This document shows, in pieces, positions 13,448-26,800 of a DNA stretch of 64,000 bases. The stretch is from the NCBI RefSeq assembly GCF_037042905.1, contig NC_087245.1:24740001-24804000 (forward strand), given 5' to 3'. The notes beneath the pieces are model-generated. The model did not search any database, had not been told where the DNA came from, and saw nothing but the letters and a program-made list of their open reading frames with translations. The DNA comes from Lytechinus pictus. Taxonomy: Eukaryota. The position numbers were made by a program, and so were the translations under genes. Position 1 is the stretch's first letter; every line of letters begins with the position of its first letter.

Positions 13448-15241
13448 TAGTAACTTATATGCAACGGGTTCCAGGTTTTCCGATTTTTAACAATTAATTT
13501 GAGATATTTTGTAATTTGCTATCAAGATCAACATGAGTTGAGAATCAACACTGGATAGGATGAGATTATCAGGAAAAATGATTCTCTTCTCCCTTGCTTT
13601 CTAGACGACAATTTAAGCGTCATCCAAACCCTCATCATCACCGGATAACCTAATCATTAGATGGAGTTTATGTATCTTAATTTAATTTATCTATACATTA
13701 GGCCTACATGGTGAATGGACGGTTTAAATGAAATACGCATTGATATGAACGGCTATGACATTTCAAATCACTAAATTAAAGAAAATTGAGCGTTATTTCA
13801 TGTTACCATGGTAAAGTTTAGTGTAATTTTTCTGGAGATACCTTAACAGCAGGAGGTTGACAGAATTGCATCAGAAGCCAGCCAGCAGTGGCGAAGAAGA
13901 GATGCCAAGTTATTTTGGTTATAGGCCTACTTTGTTTTTTATTCTCGACTCCAACTTAAAATGTAAAGGCCTATAATGCTGTGTAGTAATAACATTTGGA
14001 AATGCATCTCTGTATATGTCACCACCCCCCCCCCCCATTGATAATCATGGTAATACATTGTCACTATACCTGCAATTTGAGTTCTGCAAACGTCTTCAAA
14101 GTAAAATGAAATCGTTCTACTAAAACCACGAGTTCTTATTGATGGAAAATCTTGATGTTACAGTTTGTGACCGAAAAGAGAAATTTTTCTTTGAAACCCC
14201 GCCCCCTGATAGCTAGAAGATTTTGCAATTTCGCAAAATCGCGATAAATGAACGATTTTCCGAAAAATGTGTGCTGTATAGGTTTTAGCAACGAGTTTTT
14301 GGTTACGTTTGTATATTTTAGTGAAATTACTTCAGAGAGGGTAGGTACCCGTATGATTTTTCAAGATACGCCGTATCTGGCCCCCCTCAAAATGTTTGAC
14401 TCATTACGTCACTGACCCACATCCCTTATTTTAATAAGGGGGCAATAAGGGGAATAGATCGAGAGGGCAAAGGGGGGTCATGGAAAAATAACTGACTGAG
14501 GAAACGACATAGGCTTGTTCGGAATGCAAGGTCTCATTACCATTGCTACCTTAAACACCTGTTCCTCGCTTGACCTTAATCAATTATCGTTATGAACGCT
14601 TAAACTTGACACTTGACCTTGTGTATGTACCAAATGGAAAGTAAATTACCTGTCCATGCCAGGCGTTACTGCTACTTAACCATTATTATATGGTTTATAT
14701 AAACTGTTCCACTTGAAGGAATAGTCGACAGTGGCGAAATGAGCAAACGATTTTGAGAGGGGGGGGGGGGGGCTCAACGTGGCATATGTGGTAAAATTGA
14801 AAAAGTCGCGAGTGAGCGAAAAATTTGGCTTTTTAAGAATCAAATATAATTTTCTCCCCTTGCTCACGGTTCTTTATTTTGAAAGAAATACCAAGATAAT
14901 CATACAAAAAAGGTTTATTCCTCTACATACACATTATTGTAGACAACCAATCTGACAAAAATAATGTTATAAATCATCACGACCTTTATAATATCATTAT
15001 TTTTTTATCTAAGCTTCATGAAAATCATGTTTATTGTCTTTGATACTATTTATTTATTGACTTATATTCTCCCATTCAACATCACGTTCAAACTTGATAC
15101 GTTACATATTATGAAATGACACGTTAGTCTGCTATCCTGCGTGCAAAGGTCTACTCAGACTGAAAATTACAAATTTCATCAGTATCCAATAAAATAATAG
15201 TCATAGAGCAGGTTGAAACTTAGTGTTTTCCATGGTTGTGT

Positions 15242-15505
15242 GGGGGCGTCGTGGTCTAGTGGACTCCTGTCTTTCAATCTCAAGGACGTGGATTCGATTC
15301 CAAGGCATGGCGTGTTTTCCTTCAGCAAGAAATTTACCCACATTGTGCTGCACTCAACCCAGGTGAGGTAAATGGGTACCGGCAGGAAGTAATTCCTCAC
15401 AAAAAACTGGGGCACCGGAATCGGTATACTACCTTAGCCGGGGTAATATATAAGCGCCTGGAGCACATAGCAAGGGGGATGCGTGCGCTATACAAATCCT
15501 ATAGT
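15242..15505 (+). mobile_element. tRNA-derived SINE with CORE-like body
   Basis: GTGGTCTAGTGG A-box, GATTCGATTCC B-box, TCCTTCAGCAAG...CCCAGGTG...TAAATGGGTACC body. Confidence 0.8.
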
Positions 15506-16239
15506 AATTCATTTATTTATTTGTAACGGTTGTAATGCATGTAATTAATATGCAAAGAGTGTGACGATGATGTCACACCCATATTTTCTCATTTTATCCG
15601 CCTAATCTGATTAAAATGTTCTTTTCAGCCTTGAGTATCACTTTAACGGGTCACTTTGCATGCGAATCAACTCATTTACTAGCATGTTTTATTCATCCTT
15701 TGAAATGGGAAAAATATTATGAACACGGGTGAGAACCATAATACGTGCAAGCCATTAAAATGAATATAACATGTATAAGATAACTCAATGCTCCTGTCTG
15801 AAAAAAAGGGAATTTCGAACTTCACATCTCTTTCGTATTTGGAAGACTTGATTCAGTTGATAATAAGGTATGAAATGTAGATATGGTTATAAGAAGGTCA
15901 CATTGGCTGTCACGACAGCTCGGAAAGGAACCATGAGATAGTATCGAGATTCAAAATGAAACACAAGAAATAGGTTTGATCTGAGCGGAAATTCATGCTG
16001 ATGTGGAATTAAGGATGGAATAGTCACATATTTGGCGGATATAAGGAGATGATTTGGACTTAAGTTTTAGTTCCATTTGCTTGGATTGGATGACATTATC
16101 ATGCGATAGATAACACGAATCGGGATAAATGGAAAATAAATTGTATTTTGGTTTCATTTTAAAATGGAGTCTCTAAACAAAACATACGTGACAGTTTCGA
16201 ATCAATCTTCTCACCGATTCTTCCATATTTGTGAACTTA

Positions 16240-16251
16240 TGCGCATGCGCG
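16240..16251. promoter_or_regulatory. NRF1/P3A2-type palindrome TGCGCATGCGCG
   Basis: Close match to the NRF1 consensus in AT-rich DNA, about 1.5 kb upstream of the putative ATG; function unproven. Confidence 0.3.
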
Positions 16252-16872
16252 TGAAGGCGAATTATTCCAAGGTAGCAGTGCCCTTTAAAAAAATATTGCT
16301 TTCACACAGATTATTTCCGTACCATTGAATTTTATCATTTCTTGATAAAGTTATAGAACATTTTAACTTTTACTTAACCTTCACCATACAAGACTAGCTT
16401 ACTTCATATATCAATATTAAATCTAGGTCAGTTAAATCAGAGGAAATAAAATGTTGGCCGTCGATATTAATTTCTGCTCCGTTTCAGAGATTGAAATACT
16501 AAGTTTATTACCATGGCAATTTTGTCTTTTCACTTTCTCCGGCGAGATGGAAGTGTGGTGATTGTCATTTTATCATAAAAGAAAATAAAGCTGTGTAAAT
16601 GAACGATATTCAATTCTATGAGGCGACGAGATTGATGGATATTTTACGAATCGCTCTTAAGATCTTACAGCATGTACAGTGGAATGAACCACTCTGAAAG
16701 TAGTCCGTAGTGAATTTAAGTGAAGAGATGAAAATGTGTCGGTCGTGAATAGCGAGTATATAATATTGTTTGGGTAAAATTCATGGCCAGTTTTCCAAGG
16801 TGATCAATAATTCTACAGATGTGTTTTTTTAAGTGATATACTTATCCTGTTCATGAATTCAAACGCTGCTTA

Positions 16873-17047
16873 CACAGTAAAAAAAATAGCACGTTGTTTA
16901 AGCCTGTCACTCTAACAACAGGTTGTTTAAATTTTTTTGTAATTGTTTAAATTTTTTAAACAACTTGTTTAAAAAGTTTAAACAGTTGTTGTTAGAGTGA
17001 CAGGCTTAAACAACGTGCTTAAAATTTTAAACAGCGTTTTTACAGTG
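16873..17047. mobile_element. MITE with CAC...GTG ends and TA flanks; related copy at about 47349-47528
   Basis: Inverted repeat GCACGTTGTTTAAGCCTGTCACTCTAACAAC / GTTGTTAGAGTGACAGGCTTAAACAACGTGC. Confidence 0.8.
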
Positions 17048-17324
17048 TATAATGTCCCTTTTCACGTCAGAAGATTTAAAAGAAATAGCTTGTGCTTCGC
17101 TCCCTAACTATTTGTTAATTAACTATAGTCCTATTCAACAATTCATACGTTGTTTAAATATCCCTCTTTAGATCCGGTCCTTATTTTTTTTTTAGGCCAG
17201 TAGACAAATGCGAGCTTCACGCTCATTTTATTTCATCAGTGATATACTCGTGTTTATGAATCAAAACGGTACTTGAAATGCCCTTTAACGAAAAATGGAA
17301 AAAAATGAAAATCCATATTTTACT

Positions 17325-17551
17325 GTTCGTTATACTCCGAAGATTTGTTTTGCCCATTTGATCGTGGACCCGGCAGCCGCTGTGCAACGCCAGATCGACG
17401 AGGCTCTAAATCCCTTTAATTGTTGAACGCCAAACAGGGTAGCAGCAACTGCTATCTTTTCACGTCTTTTGGTCTGACGCGAACGGGGTTTGAACTCCCG
17501 ACCTCCCGGTAGTGAGACGGCCGCTCTACCAACTGAGCCAACACGCCGGTC
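17325..17551 (-). mobile_element. tRNA-derived SINE
   Basis: Minus strand TGGCTCAGTTGGTAGAGC...GAGTTCAAACCC head followed by a non-tRNA body. Confidence 0.8.
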
Positions 17552-17793
17552 AATATTTAAAAAAATCACATCGCGCTTCGCGCTCGCCTACTTTGTACAT
17601 CCTTTTTAAGCTTGCTCATTTCACTCGCTCTCAAAATCAGAAAATTATGTTTGGAGATCGACGCAAGTGGGTGTATGTGTTCACTTGTGTATCAGTCCTC
17701 CTCACTGGTGCAATGGGGGGAGGGGGGGGGCTTGGGGGTCATCCCATAAAGAGGTCGGAACTATTAAAACTTAAAAGAGCTCAAAAGTAATCT

Positions 17794-17842
17794 ATGGGAT
17801 TTGTGAACCAGCTGCTGCTTACTTCGCCCGTCTTTGCACTAG
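17794..17842 (+). CDS. Putative exon 1, start of signal peptide (MGFVNQLLLTSPVFAL)
   Basis: ATG followed by a hydrophobic run and a consensus donor AG|GTGAGT; phase 1 matches the next candidate exon. Confidence 0.5.
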
Positions 17843-20800
17843 GTGAGTGGATAGAATGTACTTTCATGTTTTCCTGAAGACTGTCTCGTCTGAGAGATGA
17901 TACGTACAGAGGGGACGACATTGTCTTGAATTCAATTTCATAAACAAAATGGTTCATTTCAAGCACCGTCTTAACATTCATTTTTGTCTGAATGTCTTGT
18001 TTGTGACTTACCCAGTGTTATCTGATTCTATGGGTGTCTAGGGTTTTGTGGGATGGTTAGTTTTCAAAATTATATTTGAGTACTGTATTTCTTGTGATGT
18101 TTCAAGAACAAATGGGGATACCAATTCTATATGGATATGTTTTGCGCATTAGAAATGTATCTATTATTATTCTGTCTGTGATGATTTTAACACATTATGA
18201 TTAAAAATTGTAAGTAAAGATTCCCAGGTAATTGTCAAAAAAGGAAAATATAAAAATCATGTTTAAAGACAAAGGGGGTTTAGCCATCGCACTAAGGTCT
18301 ACGAGAGCAGACGAGGGAAAATAGAAGACACTCCCTGGTCAGTTGCAGGAAGTTTGGCGGATGATTTAATGACAAAACCAATATAATCTGAGGATACTCA
18401 CCCGTCACTTATTGAAATTCTCACAAAAGGTTTGGAGATCGAATCAAGAAAAAACAGAAAACAGATGTGTTTGAGAACGTGTCTGCCAGAACTAAGTACC
18501 GTTGACAGGGCGTTAAGTGAGGCAAGGTAACTCTCTAGTGGTACAGTTACGTCCACGAAACCGACTCCAAACCGATCGATTGTATGTCATTGGATTTAAC
18601 GTATTAGATTTGATCGGTCTGGAGTCGGTTTTGTTGGTATGACTGTAACATGACAAAGATCAGAGGAGAGCGATAGAGGTAGGAAAAGACAAAACTTCAA
18701 AGGAGATTGAAAGTTTCCACCAGACTGGAAGAAAAATATAATGTGGTCCCCAGGAGACGTGAAATGTGATTTTACAAATCAAATATTGTCACCCGAGAAT
18801 CGTAGATATTGCATCATTCATGGCTCGTCGAAGACAGAGTGTTTTTGGCCAAGGTCACATGACAAAAATACTGAATTGTCACTGCCACCCCCCCCCCCAC
18901 TAAAATATATTTTCCTTCAGACTTTCTCCGCTTTTATACGTGTATTTTTTCTCGTTTCCTCAAGTAAGTTTATTTGACCATGTGCAAGCGTCTTTTGTTT
19001 CAAGGTTGAGTTCCATTTCATGTATACTATGTACTCACTTTTAAATGATGCATAACTCAAAATCACTGAAATTATATAACTCTGATGGAAATATCGATTT
19101 AGTGATCAATGTCATAGTCCCTGTCCTGGGGGAAAAACATGAGGAAAAATTAGTAATTTGAATTATCGGAATTGAAGTAAAAATCGGTAGTTCTATCATA
19201 TTCTTAACTCCTATATAAATGAAAGTTAATTTTAGTTCTGGTTTAGATATGAAATTTGACGTAAATTTATATAACTATATAATCAATTTATTATATTTAT
19301 TATAAAGGCCTTTTATTTTCTTCCTGTAAAATTAAAAATAAACACCTTAAAATCATAATATTCTTCTTCACTATTAAAGAAAATATAAACTCACACGAAG
19401 CACGCAGGGTTATATTTGTTGACACTGAAATGTTTCATAACATTGGCCCATACTTAGAACATGATTTAAGATAATCTGGAGTTCGGGATATGAGCCACTG
19501 AGTTCATCAATCGAATATTTAGCAGATTAAAGGATTGTGGATTATTCACGAGTGACTGATTTCAGATCATACAAAATAGATCCCCACTGGATCCACGAAC
19601 CTATAATGAGCCATGGCTGGATTAGATCATATGGGGTCAGATATTTATGTAATTATCATACTAATGATCTCAACACGCTTCACAAAGGAAGTAATTTAAT
19701 GAATTATTATCAATTTGAATTCCATAAACCTGATCAAATTCCTACGTAATTATATAACTACATATATAGTAAATTTCCGACGGTTTACAATTTCCCTTTT
19801 GTAAAAAAATATCATAGTTGGATTACCATTTGTGCTCACGCTTAATGAAATGAGAAATCAGTTTCATACCTTTCCAATCTACTTCAGCCTAATATCTAAG
19901 GCCTTATTTTAAATTCCTGTTCCAGTTTTCTTTATGCGTCATCTATAAATCTGGTAAGATATATATATTTCATGTATTATGTTTGTTGTGACGTTTTCAT
20001 TGCAGGGATTGGTGGGGGGGGGCAGGTTTCGGGGCGGGTGAGGGTGTCTTACGAAGTATTATTTTGCATTGTTGTTGCTGTTATTACTGTTTATGTCAAG
20101 TATCTACTTGGATTTGTAATTCTCTATTTTTTTGTCATGTACAGTAACTTTTGTCATTTATTTGTTCTTGACCCCATGGAAGAACGGTGTTATTATATTA
20201 ACAAAGCTGAGTGGCTTTACCCAGCCATTTCACTATACTTTTGATTTTATTAGGTACATACATTTTCGTTGTATATTGCCTTTGATATAATTGTGATATG
20301 GAAAATAAGTATACCAATACCAAAATCACGCAAGTCCCGAAACGAATACATAATGATTACTTTCATTATTTAATCTTAAGTATCTAATACCTGAACTTAT
20401 TTTCAATAGAAATTTAAAAGAATGCTATTTCTTTCGTGAAGCGCCTTAACGTAGTCGGTAATTTCGCTTCATATATACCAAATTTTATCTTTATTGTAAT
20501 CTTTTCAGAGGCAGATTGACTTGTCAGAGGAGGAGATAAATGTATATACTAACCATCAACATATAGAAGGTACGTTTATTCTTGATATAAGTATATCATT
20601 TATACAGATGTGTCATTTTCTGTATGCCAATCTCGACCTTCATCATACTTGATCTACGAGCAGATCTTGAATTTTTATATTTCTAGGACAAGTCCACATT
20701 TCAAAAGAGCGCATATTATTTTTGTAACATAGTACAATGAGAAAAAAATGGGGCAATAAATCTCCGATGCCATGATGTGCTAATATAATTTCAACTCTAT

Positions 20801-23800
20801 CATCGTTCCGACCAATCAAAATCTCTCTTAATTTGAATACATGTCAATAAAGTGACAATTACATTGAAAAACTCCGGTGTTGATTTAACACCAGCCGGGA
20901 ATCTATATTTGTCCACACCAGAGAAGTGTTAAAGAACACCAGTTTGGTTTTGGTCTAACACCAGATATGTATTTATACAACACCAATTAGTATTAAAACA
21001 GCATCGGTTTGATTCCAAACTGGCGTTATTTCAATAGTTCTCTGGTGAGGACATATATAGATTCCCGGCTGGTGTTAAATCAACACCGGAATTTTTGCAG
21101 TGTATATTTTCTTTGAAATTAGTGCTTTCTCTTGCTCGTCTCTTTTTTTTTTTTATATCCGAAGTCTTTTTGTATACAACCTCATTCGCTTTTCATATTT
21201 TCTTTTGGTCGACAAAAACACTAAATGCTGAATGGTAAATTGGTTTAAAGGAAATAGTGTTGAAATATCTATTAATGAATTTACCTTTGAAATGTTTGTG
21301 TTTGAGGTTGATGACAGATCGTGCGATGGGTAGTGACCATTGGCAAGCAACCGTCGTTTTACGCTCACTTTCCTTTCATCCTGCTAGAATCTGACACGTT
21401 TGAGCCAAGTATTATTAAAATGAGGATATAATCTATTTCTTCAATATCCTCATATGTCATTACCTGTGGCTTTGGAGAGTCCCACTGTTCTAAAAATGTT
21501 TGTATGACTAGCTCCCGTATAAACCCAAATTAGGTTATGGTCATTATTATATTGCTTTCATTCTAGTCAGACAGACTTGGCAGTCATGTCAAGTATTCGA
21601 CGAATTAAGCTAAAAATCATTTCTGTTAAATAATTAAAGGTTGACATGTACAATGCGTGTACACAGGAAAAGCACTGTTTAACCTTTTACACAACGCTGC
21701 TTACTATATGAAACTTACAATGCTTGTTTAAAGTCTTAAACAAGGTTTAATTTTCAGTATTTAATTCTCATTAAATCAAGCATGATTATTTATATTGTTA
21801 AACAAATACTGTAAGGTTCCCTATGGTCAACAATCTTGTATTCCATTTAGCATGTTTAAAACAGCTTTTTTAATGTGTATATACACTATTGTGTTTTATT
21901 ATACAACAAAGCAACCCTTGTTCCATCTATTATCAAATATTGTTACAGTTTATCAACAAGTGGAAAATTGTGTTTTTTTTTAAATAAGGAAGCTGTTTAC
22001 CCCCCCCCCCCCGCCGTTAATTTGGGCATACCCCAGAATGTGGACATTTTAGCTCAATGTATTGTTCCGCCCCTACCCCCTCTTTCCATGCGACCTGTGC
22101 CCCTGCTCGGGACACATTTTCACAGCATTACCAATATACTTCTTAGCACTGTATGGCATTAAAAAATAATTATTTCATACGATTATTTTTCTTACAGATT
22201 ATGATTTCATTTCGCCAACATTCCATAATGCTGCAATACACAAGAGAAGTTTAGACTGGTCACCAGCCCATCCCAAAATCCACGAGGTAAAATTCAACGC
22301 ATTTGGCGATGCGTTTCATTTAAAGCTTGAGAAAAACGTCTGGCTTCAACGTCGAGGATTGACCGTGGATAGGATGGGAGAGGATGGTGTGATAGAAAGA
22401 GAAAGATTAGTAAATGGAGACTGTCATTATTATGGAAAATTACTATCTCACAGCGCAGAATCGTCGGCATCAATCAGTACTTGCAAGGGCTTGGTAAGAA
22501 CAACTTTTTTTTCTTTGTAGATATAGATTTTAATTCAATACAAAATGTAAACTTAGGGAGATTGTGTCAATACGAGATAGAACATTTTTGTTTGTTTTTA
22601 TTTCTAAATATCAGTAATACTGACGTACTTATTTGCAGCTTTCACTATCAAGCTATCAAAGTAGAAACTGGTTGGATTAATATATCTATACACCGCACAA
22701 GCTGCCGTGCATATCCAAGTCCTCTGGAAGTACCTCGAGATATTAAAGGGCACATTATGCGGCTATATAGAAAAAATAACATTGCCATTATTATTATGAT
22801 TATTATACATCTTCAAGAAAATGCGCGATATTTTCTCTTAGAATCATGTAATTAATTTCAACTTTGTTAGAAAACCACTCCCAAACCCAGATTTTTAACG
22901 ATTTCAAATCAGATGTGGTTTGGACATCTGGTTTTGTTTAAATACCGCTCCGTTTAACATCTAGATTACATCCTGAACTCCCTCTTTATATACTCTATAT
23001 CCCTGTCAACCTACTTTCATCAAAATATAATTAATCATTCCTTTTGAAATTAACTTTGTCAAAATTGATGTCCGTTGGAGACGTTCGATCTGCCCTCTTT
23101 TTAACAGTTAAGTTCATCCTCTTAAAGCGAACTAAAATGACTATTTTAGTTGTAAAACTGATCTGCCTAGTCATATTTTCTAATATATTCTAGTCAGAAA
23201 TGAATGTATTCTAGTCAAATATGACTCTAAACTAGTGAAATGTGACTTAACTCTTAACATGCCAAAGTCGCATGCACGACATACTACACATAAATCCTAT
23301 ACAGAGATGTAATTTCGTTGGCACTGTTAAAATAACAGTTACACGCAGCTTTTTTTAAATACCAACCAGTTATTATGATTAGTTTGTAATTTTTTTGAAA
23401 AGTGTATATAGATAAAGTGTATTGCCCAGTCTATTTTTGAAAGTTTTCTTTTTATTTTTAATTAAGAAAATTCGTGGCAATTCAAGCAATAATTCCATTG
23501 CAGGTGAAACTTTAAACCCTTTTTGATCGTATATGCGTGAACTTTTTACATCAAAATGAGGAAGGAGAACTGAATTTGTATGATAATGTCAATGAAAGAC
23601 CTATCATGTTGAAATAAAAATGAAAATCACATTTTGCGAGACCCACCATAAAGTTATGATTTTATTTGTATTTCTGATCCTAGTGTGAGTCCTTTAAAAT
23701 CACAATGATGCAACGAAAGCAAGAGTGATAAACAAAGAAGAAACATCTGCTCCATTTTTATGAAGGAAGTGATGAAACATAAAGTCCCCAGTTTTCCATG

Positions 23801-26800
23801 TTCTCCGTTATCATTTTATAAAACGTATGATAAGGTAATTGTGAACATGCTTTTCAGATCTATGACATTGCAACCAAGTATTTTTCATTGGTGTTACAAA
23901 ATGGCAGGTTTGCATTTTTTATATATTGATATAGGCTTAGCTCCTGCTTTACCTTACATATATATGTATATCATCGTATGAATGTACCTTACATGAAAGA
24001 TTGCAGTGTACCACAGTGTGTTCACAGTGTAGAACACTATGTGAAATCACCTTCACTCTGTTAAATTTGAGCATTTCAACAGTGTTAATCACATATTCAC
24101 ATAGTCGATCATGATTGTGAACACGCTGAGAACAGTCACACTGTCGAAGTGTCCACAGTGTTACGATATCACACTATTAATTTTTCTGGCATTCTAACAG
24201 TGTGTGAATAATATTTTCACATAGTCCACTATGTGACTGAACACACTGTGCATCACACTCTGTGAGAGTCTGTATTTTTTCCAGCAGGAATGTCATGTCG
24301 ACCTGCCTTTAAAGTTTGTAAAAGAAATCCAGAAATGATGCATTTAAACTTTTATTTCCTCATTTAAGACATTTTATGAAAGACAATTTTTATCTGAAAT
24401 GTCAACCTTGGCTTCTGCAGGACATTAAATCAAATCAGACCCCCTTTACCACCAAACATCTTACTTCGAAGTAACGCATGTACAGAGGGGAATATAAAAT
24501 GTGGTTTATGGAAACTAGAATGTCGAAAGCGATCAACAATTTCCGCCGTTAGGTCCACTTTCAGATGCTTCAACGACAGAGATACGGAAATTGAGATTGT
24601 AATGTTCTCAAGTCCGAAAGTTCATGAGCATCGAAATAAATTACTTCATGACCCAGTCTCAAAAAGTACCAAAAGGGACACGTTTTATGAGAGCGATATG
24701 GAAAGAAGAGAAACAGATGAGTTTAATGTTTCTTTATTTTTTTCAGAAACAAAACTTAATCATATATGAATATCAAGTTCATCATTCCTGTCAACTTTTC
24801 AAAGAATGTTTGGATGTATATAGCAAAGACGTTTATTCCTGTATAAACGATTTCCTTGTGGATTCGTTTTTATAATAATAGATGTAAGTTAACAAAAGAA
24901 AAGTCTAACTTCCATCCCCTTCTTTCCTTCATCAACGTGAAGTATAAATCTGAATACCTAATTGCTGCAAAATATGATAAGATTACGCAGCACTTTCAAA
25001 AGTTTGTTTTCGTTATCTTGCTAGTATTTGTACCTTTGTGAATCATATTTGAGTACCCATAGAGAATCACCATTCTTCCTCTCAACTTCAGACCTCCCTA
25101 AATTATCAGTTAAAATAATAATTGATTCTCTAAATAGCGAAAATATAAATTTTGTCCACATTTTTGGAATCTTTCTTAAATATTGTAGTCTCTTTCAGAG
25201 TCGAATACACTAAATACCGTGATGTGATGAATATATGAAAATTTGAATAAGGTTTATCCGGCAGCCCCTTGCAAATCGGATGATTCAATAACACGGTTCA
25301 TTTGCATTGAACTGGTTATATGACTTTGAACTCAATTTCAGCCAAATTTACCCGAGGCTAGGTCAGAAACAAATAAATTTGCCCTCAAGACTTCTAGAAG
25401 AGGCTAAATCTATTTTTACAGAAATAAATTCATCGATTTGAAGAGGATGTGTGTCAACATGTGCTTTAAAAAGAATGCGTGGGTTTTTTTATCAAAATAA
25501 ATATTTTACAGGATTTTGAACAAAAACACTCACCCTGATTTTTTTTTCAGACTTTTAAAAACCATTCATGCCAGTTTATTCCGTTTTATTTTCTTTTTTT
25601 AGTAAGAACATTTGAAAATCTAAATATAGAGACAATCATAAAAAATAGAATAAGAACATATTAAATCTAGAAAAGAAGATATTTCGCATCAAAATTTATG
25701 GAACTACTGTGAAAAGTAAACATTTGTTGCTAATTGCGTTGCCACGATAATATTCTAATTAAAAATACGCTATATATATCCAAATAAATTAATAGCTTAT
25801 ATTTCTCCACAGATTATTGCAAATATATAAGATCTGTGAATTTTTATTCCCATGATTTCTGATTTTATCTTTTCAACGTTTGATGGTCTTCATCTCTGAG
25901 GGTATTTCCAGTATAGATGTCGATTTAATCCAGTCGACTAAATAAGGATTCAGCGCATTCTGAGATTGAACTCATTTCAAGATTGAGAAGATATAAACTT
26001 AGCTTCACCCTCAAATTGCATCCTTTCAATGAGGTTCGGTTCCATATTACCTCCCTGATCATATCCTCATCGAGAGAAAAGATTGATGTGTCTCGGATAC
26101 TGTATCGGTTTGTCATTAATTAGTGATAATTGATGCAGGTTAATAAATGGGGGTAGAGGCTGTCTCTTGTACAGGCGTATATATCCTTTGATATTACCTT
26201 TAATGATTTGTCTTTAATTCCATTAATTAAATGTCTTGTTTATCTTAATTGTTATCACTGATCAGATGGAAATAATTAGATTGCTGTCTCCAAAGGTTCT
26301 TTGAAATTCCCTCTTAAGATAAGATTCATTAGGTCTTAATTTCCGTGCTTTTAAAGCGGTCTGTTAGGAGGTTAGGCAGAGGTCAGTTAGCGATTCCGTT
26401 TTAGCAGCAGAAAACGAATCTTCATTTAAAACAAATAGTTTTATATGTCTTTGATATCGAATATACATCACTCCAGTACATTGTTCGCCATTTCTCATGT
26501 ATTATAATTGTTTGGTTTGGTTTGTTCATGGAGCTATAGCTCCATGGTTTGTTCGTGTATATGTATTGTGTGGGAATGGGCATGATGCTGGGGTTGATGA
26601 AATATCTTCGCATTCGCAATATCTTCCACAAGGCTTAATCAACAAATAAAAAGATAAATCATTCTTTATATTAAACATGAAGTATATAAGATACACCATT
26701 ATATTATTTTTGACAATATATGGGCTTATAGAGAGTGATTGTATAAAAAACACCTCATCTTCAAAAGTAACAATAATAAAGGTCTGAATAAACATATCAC

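Noticed and set aside
17470..17551. tRNA-like sequence on the minus strand (also near 10000, 15250, 27780)
   Set aside because: No complete cloverleaf and each continues into a SINE body, so these are SINE heads rather than tRNA genes.
17648..17790. Signal-peptide-like MFGDRRKWVYVFTCVSVLLTG as first exon
   Set aside because: No convincing splice donor; runs into poly-G and a stop.
25860..26800. Minus-strand short ORFs in intron 4
   Set aside because: No recognisable domain or consistent exon chain.
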